From NCBI GenBank assembly GCA_023248785.1, contig JAHFDX010000002.1, positions 6,540 through 30,772 on the forward strand: a DNA stretch of 24,233 bases, given 5' to 3'. This document shows positions 8,030 through 16,003 of the stretch, one piece after another (positions within the stretch are counted from its first letter, which is position 1; the number at the start of each line of letters is the position of its first letter). The position numbers and the translations under genes were made by a program. The notes beneath the pieces were generated by a model, which did no database searches, had not been told where the DNA came from, and was given only the letters and a program-made list of their open reading frames with translations. Source of the DNA: Myxococcales bacterium. GTDB lineage: Bacteria > Myxococcota_A > Polyangia > Polyangiales > Polyangiaceae.

Positions 8030-8314
8030 TCAATCCGGGAGCAACATTACGGCTCCGCGCTCTTCAACCACCTTGAGCTTGTCGCCGTTCTGGCAGTGGC
8101 CGCCAAAGCTTTTCCCATTGCTGCTCTTGGCGATGATCTTGCCGTGCGCGATGGACGTCGTCGTGTGCGAGCCCACGCTTTGGCCTGAGGTATTTCCGGA
8201 TTCGACAGTGAACGAATAGTTGGTCTCGTTGTGAATTCGGCAACTTGCGCTTGCAGCCTGCGCGCCGAGCACCCCAACCGATACCACCATGGCAAACGAA
8301 GCAAATCGAAGCAT
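8030..8314 (-). CDS. Small secreted hypothetical protein (94 aa)
   Basis: GGGGAG SD 6 nt before ATG 8314. Signal peptide MLRFASFAMVVSVGVLGAQAASA. Mature part is beta-rich with two Cys (CRIHN, GGHCQ). Confidence 0.75.
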   Translation of the reverse strand: MLRFASFAMVVSVGVLGAQAASASCRIHNETNYSFTVESGNTSGQSVGSHTTTSIAHGKIIAKSSNGKSFGGHCQNGDKLKVVEERGAVMLLPD

Positions 8315-8581
8315 ATTTGTCTCCCCGCGCACTCTTTCGGTCAACAGTGACACCTTGGACCGAGGCGCATTCATCAAGATGGGCGGACCAGCCCGCCAAA
8401 AGCGGAGTGTGCCCCAAGATTTGGCGCTGTCAAACCGGGGGTGGGCGTGCACAATACATACCCGCTTCGGCTGTCAGAACGTTCCAGCACGTGGCTCAGA
8501 CATGCTTTCACCAACAAAATCACCCGCGTTCCTGAAACCACCTCATTGACGCCTCCAAGCGTCGGCGCTTGTGTCCCGCCG

Positions 8582-8950
8582 ATGCTTAGCTTTCGATCGA
8601 ACAAAACTACACGGTGCACGTGGTTCACACTTGCGTGCGCATTGCCCTTCGTCGTCGCGTGCAGCGGTTCGGCTACCCAAGCTGACGCCGGCACGGATGC
8701 AAGTGCATCGAGTTACGATCCCGAAGCCAACGGCAAGTGCATCCTCGATTGCTTGGGTGCCTGCGGCCAAATCAAGGATGTCCAAAAGAGTGGTAACTGC
8801 ATGCTGAGTTGCGACGATCACTGCAAAGGGGTTGGCAAGGGCACTGGCGTCGAATGTCGCTCACGCTGCACATCAAACTGTTCCTCTGCACCTGACAAGG
8901 CACTGAGCACAGCGTGCGCTTCCGATTGCTCGAAAACATGTCCTTCATGA
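8582..8950 (+). CDS. Lipoprotein with four CX3CX3C repeats (122 aa)
   Basis: Signal with lipobox VVAC-SG, DAG/DAS linker, then 12 regularly spaced Cys. ATG 8582 is preferred over the ORF-track start at 8441. Confidence 0.75.
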   Translation: MLSFRSNKTTRCTWFTLACALPFVVACSGSATQADAGTDASASSYDPEANGKCILDCLGACGQIKDVQKSGNCMLSCDDHCKGVGKGTGVECRSRCTSNCSSAPDKALSTACASDCSKTCPS

Positions 8951-9073
8951 GCCAAACGAGGCGTTCGCTACTCGTGCCTCTCGTCGGTATGGCTTGCTCT
9001 TCTACCGCGTCATCGCAGTGACGTGCCCGACGGAGGCTCCTTCGACGCAGCAGACGCAGCAACAAATGCGTGA
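8947..9073 (+). pseudogene. Probable frameshifted micro-lipoprotein (24-aa ORF 8947-9021, with natural continuation to 9073 in the +1 frame)
   Basis: ATGA overlap with the upstream stop. MSQTRRSLLVPLVGMACSSTASSQ*; from 9017 the +1 frame reads SDVPDGGSFDAADAATNA*. Confidence 0.4.
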
Positions 9074-9152
9074 ATTGCAGGTTTCTGCATTCCCACCAAT
9101 CTCCCTTGACCGCCGCTCAATAGCGCTCGAGATATGGCAACAGGAGGCCGCC

Positions 9153-9719
9153 ATGCCGAGCGCCGTAGCTGCAATTCGTACCAAGGAACGTATTTTTTCT
9201 CTCTCGACCCTCAAAGACCGTTCCTTCGCCGATCTCGAACAAATGTACCGAAGTGCGAAGATTCCAGAATCGCTTTCGCCGCTAAAAGGACACCCTCGCG
9301 GGCGCATGCTCGCCACGCGTTACTTCGCAAGCGGCCCCGTCGCAAACGCACTTCGAAACTTCGCGTTTGCTTCCTCGTTCCCTTGGGAGGGAAAGAGTTT
9401 CACGAGCTCCGCGAAAAGTGGCACCGGCGTCAACCGCGTTCGCTTGGGCGGGCGGCACGCGCTCTTTCCGTTCATCACGAAAATTGCACCCTCGCTCGTC
9501 GATGACAAACCGTGCGTGGTTCTCGACTACGACCTCGCCGACAACCCATCGCTCATTCGAATGATCCACGACGAAGTGCGCGAGGTGGACGACGGCCTCT
9601 ACCTCGGCCCCGCCATGCGAAAGATCAAGAATGGATCGCCCGAGCTTGTGCTCTGGTTTGCGGTCGACTTTCACGAACCAATGCGACCGATCGGCGAAGC
9701 GCGAAGGCTCGTGGAATGA
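9153..9719 (+). CDS. Conserved-looking hypothetical protein (188 aa)
   Basis: GGAGG SD before ATG 9153. Motifs FPWEGKSF, G.NRV, DY....NP.LIRMIHDEVREV..GLYLG.A. ATGA-coupled to the SDR. Confidence 0.8.
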   Translation: MPSAVAAIRTKERIFSLSTLKDRSFADLEQMYRSAKIPESLSPLKGHPRGRMLATRYFASGPVANALRNFAFASSFPWEGKSFTSSAKSGTGVNRVRLGGRHALFPFITKIAPSLVDDKPCVVLDYDLADNPSLIRMIHDEVREVDDGLYLGPAMRKIKNGSPELVLWFAVDFHEPMRPIGEARRLVE

Positions 9720-10495
9720 AGGTACGGCCGCAGCACGCCTTGATTACGGGTGGTGGCGGTGCGATTGGCAACGCCATTGCAAAGTGCTTGATTCGTCGCG
9801 GCCTCGCCCTGCGCATCACACTCGTAGACATTGATGAAAAAGCGGCGCAGAGCAACGCCTCGTCACTGGGTCACGATACGCATGCCGTCGCTTGGGATTT
9901 GTCCCGCACGGACGATCTCCCTCGGCTCTATGAAGAGCTCACGCGCGATCGAGGTACGGTGGACTGGCTCTTCAATTGCGCCGGGATCATGGAGGTACAA
10001 ACGTTTGCGTCGCTCCCATGGGACACATGCACCCGCACGCTGCGCATCAACTTGGAGAGTCCACTGCGGCTCATGTCGCTTGCAGTGCCCGCCATGATCG
10101 AACGCGGTTCCGGTGTCGTTGTGAACGTGACAAGCATGGCCGGCGTCACGCCCATCAAGGGATGCGCGCTCTACGGCGCCTCGAAAGCTGGGCTTTCCAT
10201 GGCATCGGAAATCGCACGCATGGAGCTCGCGGCGAAGGGTGTTCGCGTGGTGACGGTTTACCCAGGCCCCGTGAGTTCGGCGCTCGAACGCCGCGCGCGC
10301 GCACAACTGGCACACACGCCTGCGACTCGTTGGATTCCAGTGGGCAAACCCGACGAGCTTGCCGAGCGCGTGATTGATGCGTGCGTGCACGGCAAGCCGA
10401 GGGTCGCCTACCCTGCGATTTATGACGTTGCGTCTCGCTTGCCGCAGCTTACGCGCCTTCTGACCGAGAGGCTGTCGCCGGAGCCGAGAGTGTAA
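9716..10495 (+). CDS. Short-chain dehydrogenase/reductase (259 aa)
   Basis: TGGGGAIG Rossmann motif, NCAG, NVTSMAG (catalytic Ser), YGASK (YxxxK), VYPGPV. ATG 9716 overlaps the upstream TGA. Confidence 0.92.
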   Translation: MKVRPQHALITGGGGAIGNAIAKCLIRRGLALRITLVDIDEKAAQSNASSLGHDTHAVAWDLSRTDDLPRLYEELTRDRGTVDWLFNCAGIMEVQTFASLPWDTCTRTLRINLESPLRLMSLAVPAMIERGSGVVVNVTSMAGVTPIKGCALYGASKAGLSMASEIARMELAAKGVRVVTVYPGPVSSALERRARAQLAHTPATRWIPVGKPDELAERVIDACVHGKPRVAYPAIYDVASRLPQLTRLLTERLSPEPRV

Positions 10496-10519
10496 CTTGG
10501 CCGGTTATGAATTCGTGCT

Positions 10520-12250
10520 TCACCCTCCGTACCGCAACGAAAACCGGGCTTCAGGCCCGTACGTAAACACCTCCCCTTCCTGCCCCGCGAGCAATCGCTC
10601 GTTCTGTGCCGTCCAAAAATTGGGATCGCACAGGTCGCCATGAAACTCGAGAAATGTGTCGCGTGAGGTGCCGGGAGGAAAAAGAAATGTTGGGAACTGC
10701 GCCGGGAAAATGTCGTTCGTATCGACCACCAAGCGCGACTCGCTCGACATCTCGTCGTCGTCATCACGCGACACCGGCAAGTGATGAAAGCGGCAGTCGG
10801 TGAGGTAGCAGACCTCGTCGTAATCGTAAAAAAGAACCCGACCGTAACGGGTAACACCGAAATTCTTGATGAGGAGATCACCCGGAAAGATGTTGGCTGC
10901 CGCGAGATCTTTGATCGCGTCGCCGTACTCGCGAATGCTGTCCCTCCTGCGTGCGTCGTCCGCGCTGCGCAGGTGCATATCGAGGGGGACGAGACGTCGC
11001 TCCATATAAAGGTGTTTGATCACAATCCGCTCTGCATCAATCTCGATGCTTCCGGGGATCAGTCGCACGATCTCCGCCTTTAGCGCCTCGTCAAATCGTG
11101 ACCAGGGAAATGCCACGTGCGTAAACTCGAGCGTATCGGTCATGCGCCCGACGCGATCGTGACCCTTGACGAGCTGGTAGCGCCCCTCGACCGAACGGCG
11201 ATCGGCATCTTTTGGCGGCTCGAACCAGTCACGAATGACCTTGAATACATAAGGGAATGACGGAAGCGTAAACACCAGCATCACCATCCCCTTGATTCCC
11301 GGCGCAAGAACAAACCTGTCGCTCGAGTGCTTGAGATGTTGCTGCAAGTCTCGGAAGAAAATGGTCTTGCCCTGTTTCTGCAGGCCAAGGAGCGTATAGA
11401 TCTCCGCCTTGGGCATGGTGGAAACGACCGTTTGGAGAAACTCTACGTAGGCAGCGGGCACCTCCATGTCGACCATGAAGTACACATGGCTCAGGCTGAA
11501 GAGGCGCCCGATGTTCCGTTCATCAAGCAGAATCGTGTCAACGTAGACGCTGCCCGTCGCGTCGCGCAAAAGTGGCACGACAAACGGAAACGTTCGCGCT
11601 CCATCAAGGACACGACCCACGGCATACGCCGCGCGATTGCGAAAGAACAGCGATCGCAACACTTGAATCTGGAAATTCGGGTGACGCGCCCACCCGCGAG
11701 GAAACGCCTCTCGGATCGCCTGCTTCACATAGCCTATGTCGCGGTCGAGATCTTGGAACGGGAGCGCGAGTTCGAAACGCAGCAAGATCTCGCGAAACGA
11801 GCGATCGATGGGATCGGGCGAGTCCGAGTAGTAGCATCGGTACGTTGGCTCTTCGCCGTCGAGATGCTCCGTCGAAATGGCGGGACGGGAGAAGATGTAG
11901 TCGTTTCGATGGTATCTGCGATCGAGGACGCGCGAAGCCACGGAGTTAAAGAACGTTTCGGCACACTCGGGCTGTTTATGTTCGTACAGCAGTCCGATGT
12001 ACGTAGTCTTGATGTGGGCCCAAAGACCCTCCTCGGTTTTCAGATGGGGAAAGCGTTCCGTCAAAACAGACACGGCTTCGCGGACGCGCTGATCGTACAT
12101 GTCGATCCGAGTTCGACTCGCCTGTCGAACCGCAGACCAATCCGCTTTTTCGAAGTGCCCCTTGGCTTGTTCGCTGACCTCGCGAAACAGTCGGTAGTGC
12201 TTGTCGAATCCGTGCAAGATGGTCTGCGCGACTTCGAGGCTCGAGCTCAT
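10520..12250 (-). CDS. aceK: Isocitrate dehydrogenase kinase/phosphatase (576 aa)
   Basis: ILHGFDKHYRLF, KQPECAETFFNSV, GLQKQGKTIFFR, APGIKGMVMLVFTLPSFPYVFKVIRD, HDRVGRMTDT, NIFPGDLLIKNFGVTRYGRVLFYDYDE. The ORF-track extension to 12397 was trimmed. Confidence 0.95.
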   Translation of the reverse strand: MSSSLEVAQTILHGFDKHYRLFREVSEQAKGHFEKADWSAVRQASRTRIDMYDQRVREAVSVLTERFPHLKTEEGLWAHIKTTYIGLLYEHKQPECAETFFNSVASRVLDRRYHRNDYIFSRPAISTEHLDGEEPTYRCYYSDSPDPIDRSFREILLRFELALPFQDLDRDIGYVKQAIREAFPRGWARHPNFQIQVLRSLFFRNRAAYAVGRVLDGARTFPFVVPLLRDATGSVYVDTILLDERNIGRLFSLSHVYFMVDMEVPAAYVEFLQTVVSTMPKAEIYTLLGLQKQGKTIFFRDLQQHLKHSSDRFVLAPGIKGMVMLVFTLPSFPYVFKVIRDWFEPPKDADRRSVEGRYQLVKGHDRVGRMTDTLEFTHVAFPWSRFDEALKAEIVRLIPGSIEIDAERIVIKHLYMERRLVPLDMHLRSADDARRRDSIREYGDAIKDLAAANIFPGDLLIKNFGVTRYGRVLFYDYDEVCYLTDCRFHHLPVSRDDDDEMSSESRLVVDTNDIFPAQFPTFLFPPGTSRDTFLEFHGDLCDPNFWTAQNERLLAGQEGEVFTYGPEARFSLRYGG

Positions 12251-12479
12251 TCTGCTACGCCGTACGTTACCCGATGGGGTGGCGCGATATTCCTGCTTTG
12301 CGCATCGCCGATGGTCATACCTTAGGCCACAGTATGGTTTGTCCACCCCTACATTCTCCGAACAGAGCGCATTGAACTCTTGAAGTCGACGTCTCATACA
12401 AGGGACGCGTATAGACTCAAGCCGTTGGCGATAACGTCGGGTGGAGTTTCGAGTTGTTTATCGAGCGAGGGAGAAATCG

Positions 12480-14447
12480 ATGCGACGAACACCGTGGGCA
12501 CTAGGAGCGATTGCGGCGGCGGCCGTGATCGTCGGAGGCGAGCGAGCGAGCGAAAGTGCTGCAGCTCAAGCGGGGCAGACCCCAGCGGCGTTCGACACCA
12601 TGAAGGCGAAGCGGGCCTCGTGCAACTTTGGTCGGGGAGACACCATCGACAAGACGGTGGGGCCATCCGTGCCGTGCGGCGACTCGATACCCATCAAGAA
12701 CGTGATCGTGCTGATGATGGAGAATCGTAGCTTCGATCATTACTATTCGGGTTTGGGTGGCGGAAAGAACCCGTACAATACCGAGCAATTTTCCGAGGCC
12801 GACAACACAAGCGTGGACGTCTGGCCCAACAAGACACACACAGGATTTAGCTACGACAGGAGCAACCGCAAAGTCTGGCAGTACAAAGAGAAACACTACT
12901 GCGTGCAAAATACGGCGCACACCTGGGAAGAGGTGCATCATCAGTGGAACAACGGGGCGATGGATCGCTTCGCCGCGGAGAGCGACCCCGGCGGCGGACG
13001 CGCCATGGGCTATTACAACGAATCGGATTTGCCCTTCTATTATTGGATCGCGAAAAACTATGCGATCAGTGATCGTTACTTTTCGACACACCTAGGTTCA
13101 ACGTGGCCAAACCGTTGGTTCTTTTACGGCGCCACAAGCTGGGGCCGAATCAATACGCCAGATGTACCCGTAACCTCAGTTGAACTCGCCCGCCAACCAG
13201 ACATCGTTCTGGCTATGCAGATGAAAGGCCACAGCGTGAAGTTCTACCGCGGAGGTGCCATTCAATGGGCGTCCGCAGGCTTTGGCGATCCATCGCGCCT
13301 CGGCCACGATCTCGAAGATTTCGAGGAAGACGTCACGAAGAACAGATTGGCCGATCTTACGATTCTCGATCCGAATTTTGCTCTCACCTTTAAGAAGGCG
13401 GGCAAACAAACCGACGATGAGCACCCCCCAGGCAATATTCAGAAGGGGCAGCGTCTTGCGGCGCGCGTGATCAAGGCCATCACGTCGAACCCGGCAGTGT
13501 GGAATAAGAGCGCGCTCTTTATCATGTACGACGAACACGGCGGTCTTTACGATCACGTGCCCCCCCCCGCGGCGTGTGACCCCGGCGATGGTGCTAGCAG
13601 GGGCAAAGTCGATCACGATGGGAAGGCGGTGAGGTTCGATAGGTATGGCGCGCGCGTTCCGCTTCTCGTGGTCTCGCCGTATGCGAAGCGCCATTACGTG
13701 AGCCACATGACGGCCGATCACACAAGCGTTACCCGCTTCATCGAAGCGAAGTTTGACCTCGGTGCGCTGACCAAACGCGACGCCAACGCGTGGCCGCTGT
13801 TCGACATGTTCGATTTCAGCAAGGCTCCGCAAGAAGATCCGCAGCTCAAGGCGCTAGCTTCCACAGTCGCAGCACCCACGGCGACGGGTGTATGGTTCAG
13901 TGCGGCCGAAGATGCGTGGTGTTCCACGCACGAACCGGCAACCGGCTTTCCAGAGGGCGGACCCGGTGCGTGCAGCGTAGGTGCGCGCGAGGCCGAGGGG
14001 AATGCACCCAACGGCTCGGCGGCCCTCGCGCAGGAAATGAAAGACCCTGGGTGTAGGGGTTCAAAGGGGGAACAAGCAGGTACCTTGAACGGCGGTGGAG
14101 ACGTGGACTACTTCTTTCACAATTCGGTCGACGGCTACACCTGCGGCGTTGAGCCTCAAGCCGAATTCACAGGTCCCGGAGTTGAGGTCTGCGTGTTCCC
14201 TGTTTGTGGCAATGGCGCGTCGGTCAAGATCAAGTGCGGCGATGGAGCCGCACTCGAAGAGCTGGGCATTGTCGAGCAAGGTTGCTGCAAGACCGGTAAG
14301 ACCGACAAAAGCGGCAAAGCTGTCTCGACGAAAATCGAAATGGACTACGACTGCATTGGCACGACCGATGAATCCGGGCGGATTTATTACCGCGTCAGCC
14401 AGAAGGCGAACACCTGCACGAACTACCGTTTCAAGTACAGCTACTGA
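12480..14447 (+). CDS. Secreted phosphoesterase / phospholipase C (PlcH/AcpA family) with Cys-rich C-terminal accessory domain (655 aa)
   Basis: VIVLMMENRSFDHYY, MGYYNESDLPFYY, GSTWPNR (nucleophilic Thr position), DDEHPP, YDEHGGLYDHVPPP, RYGARVPLLVVSPYAK, DHTSVTRFIE. GAGGGAG SD and N-terminal signal. Confidence 0.9.
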   Translation: MRRTPWALGAIAAAAVIVGGERASESAAAQAGQTPAAFDTMKAKRASCNFGRGDTIDKTVGPSVPCGDSIPIKNVIVLMMENRSFDHYYSGLGGGKNPYNTEQFSEADNTSVDVWPNKTHTGFSYDRSNRKVWQYKEKHYCVQNTAHTWEEVHHQWNNGAMDRFAAESDPGGGRAMGYYNESDLPFYYWIAKNYAISDRYFSTHLGSTWPNRWFFYGATSWGRINTPDVPVTSVELARQPDIVLAMQMKGHSVKFYRGGAIQWASAGFGDPSRLGHDLEDFEEDVTKNRLADLTILDPNFALTFKKAGKQTDDEHPPGNIQKGQRLAARVIKAITSNPAVWNKSALFIMYDEHGGLYDHVPPPAACDPGDGASRGKVDHDGKAVRFDRYGARVPLLVVSPYAKRHYVSHMTADHTSVTRFIEAKFDLGALTKRDANAWPLFDMFDFSKAPQEDPQLKALASTVAAPTATGVWFSAAEDAWCSTHEPATGFPEGGPGACSVGAREAEGNAPNGSAALAQEMKDPGCRGSKGEQAGTLNGGGDVDYFFHNSVDGYTCGVEPQAEFTGPGVEVCVFPVCGNGASVKIKCGDGAALEELGIVEQGCCKTGKTDKSGKAVSTKIEMDYDCIGTTDESGRIYYRVSQKANTCTNYRFKYSY

Positions 14448-14464
14448 GTAGCAGCCTAGCGGGG

Positions 14465-14482
14465 TGCTGAAACGTTTCAGCA
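14465..14482. terminator. Perfect 18-bp palindrome between the convergent PLC and rho genes; probable bidirectional terminator hairpin
   Basis: TGCTGAAACGTTTCAGCA, flanked by outer complementary arms TAGCAG (14449-14454) and CTGCTA (14485-14490). Confidence 0.55.
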
Positions 14483-14487
14483 GCCTG

Positions 14488-15753
14488 CTACGAATTCATG
14501 CTCTCCAAGAATTCCTGATTGCTGTCGGTCTTTCCGACCTTGTCGAGCAAGAATTCCATCGAGTCGATGACATTGAGCGGATGCAAAAGCTGCCGTAGCA
14601 GCCACACCCGTTGAAGCGCCCAATCCGGAAGCAGGAGTTCTTCTTTGCGCGTGGCGCTCTTGTTGATGTCAAGACACGGGAAAATGCGCTTCTCCATGAG
14701 CTTTCGGTCGAGGTGAATCTCGCTGTTACCCGTTCCCTTGAACTCTTCGAAGATGACCTCGTCCATACGCGAGCCGGTGTCGACGAGCGCCGTCGCGATG
14801 ATCGTGAGCGAGCCCCCCTCTTCCACGTTTCGCGCTGCCCCGAAAAATCGCTTTGGTTTGTGAAGCGCATTGGAATCGACACCGCCTGAGAGGATCTTCC
14901 CGCTCGGTGGAACCACAGTGTTGTACGCGCGCGCTAGGCGTGTGATCGAATCGAGCAAAATGATGACGTCTTGCTTGTGTTCTACGAGGCGCTTTGCCTT
15001 CTCAAGCACCATCTCAGCAACCTGCACGTGGCGCGTCGGCGGCTCGTCGAATGTTGACGAGATCACTTCGCCCTTTACCGTGCGTTGCATGTCGGTGACT
15101 TCTTCGGGCCGCTCATCGATGAGGAGCACAATGAGGTGCGCATCGGGGTGGTTCGTCGAAATTGCGTTCGAAAGGTTCTGCAAGAGCACGGTCTTGCCTG
15201 CACGTGGCGGTGACACGATGAGGCAGCGTTGACCCTTTCCGATGGGCACAATCATGTCGATGATGCGCGTCGACATGTTCCTCTTGTTGACCGGCCCTTG
15301 CGTCGAGAGCTCAATGTTGAAGCGCTTCGTTGGGTAGAGCGGCGTCAGGTTGTCGAAGAGGATCTTGTCGCGCGCTTCTTCTGGAAGTGTTCCGTTGATC
15401 TTCTCGACCTTGGTGAGCGCAAAGTAACGCTCGGTTTCCTTGGGTGGGCGAATCGCGCCGTCAACCTTATCCCCCGTGCGCAAATTGAATCTTCGGATCT
15501 GCGAGGGTGAAACGTAAACGTCGTCAGGACCCGGAAGGTAATTGTAATCGGTCGATCGCAAAAAGCCGAACCCGTCGGGCAAGCACTCGAGTACGCCTTC
15601 CGCGAAGATATTTCCGTCGCGCGCGGCGGTTTGGCGAAGCAGCTCAAAAATGAGATCTTGCTTGCGCATGCCTGCGCCGCCTTCGACGTTAAGTTCGCGG
15701 GCCATGGAGACGAGCTCGGGCATCGCCTTTTGCTTCAACTGTTGAAGATGCAT
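14488..15753 (-). CDS. rho: Transcription termination factor Rho (421 aa)
   Basis: [53 protein letters not shown]-loop, [35 protein letters not shown]. Confidence 0.98.
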   Translation of the reverse strand: MHLQQLKQKAMPELVSMARELNVEGGAGMRKQDLIFELLRQTAARDGNIFAEGVLECLPDGFGFLRSTDYNYLPGPDDVYVSPSQIRRFNLRTGDKVDGAIRPPKETERYFALTKVEKINGTLPEEARDKILFDNLTPLYPTKRFNIELSTQGPVNKRNMSTRIIDMIVPIGKGQRCLIVSPPRAGKTVLLQNLSNAISTNHPDAHLIVLLIDERPEEVTDMQRTVKGEVISSTFDEPPTRHVQVAEMVLEKAKRLVEHKQDVIILLDSITRLARAYNTVVPPSGKILSGGVDSNALHKPKRFFGAARNVEEGGSLTIIATALVDTGSRMDEVIFEEFKGTGNSEIHLDRKLMEKRIFPCLDINKSATRKEELLLPDWALQRVWLLRQLLHPLNVIDSMEFLLDKVGKTDSNQEFLESMNS

Positions 15754-16003
15754 GGGAGAAGTGACCGTCCTTCAGTGATGTCGCGATTTGGAGAGAGTGT
15801 ATTCAACCGTGCGCAGCAGGGTGCTGCGGCTTCGCGCAAACGAGGACCGTCGCGCGGGGTGCGAGCTAGCCTCGAGTAAAGTGCGGAGTCAAGCGTGGAT
15901 GGTCGCCGTTCGATTCATGTCCAACGCGGCGAATGTAGAAAGCTCTCTGTCTACGTACGGCCATACTATGCATATTGATTTCATGGCGGGAGATCGAAGC
16001 CTC

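Noticed and set aside
8426-8476. GCTGTCA repeated 44 bp apart (4 x 11) in the divergent intergenic region
   Set aside because: Isolated half-sites without an adjacent 11-bp partner; too weak to call a Pho/OmpR box.
8582-8950. Cys motifs as radical-SAM or ferredoxin cluster ligands
   Set aside because: Spacing is CX3CX3C rather than CX3CX2C or CX2CX2CX3C, and the protein is an exported lipoprotein with no catalytic domain.
4742-12325. Long antisense ORFs (4742-5551, 6850-7830, 7613-8188, 11327-12325)
   Set aside because: Each lies opposite a clearly identified gene. Long shadow ORFs are expected at this GC content, and their translations lack family motifs.
13560-13568. C9 homopolymer in the phospholipase gene as a phase-variation tract
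   Set aside because: It encodes the family-conserved DHVPPP motif, so the protein sequence largely explains it.
15863-15892. Minus-strand TTGACT as the rho -35 element
   Set aside because: The -10 candidates at 17-18 bp spacing (CTAGCT, TAGCTC) are poor matches; not supportable without TSS data.
15788-16003. 72-codon N-terminal extension of the large secreted protein
   Set aside because: It would bury the signal peptide and occupy the divergent rho promoter region; SD-like sequences precede ATG 16004 and 16025.
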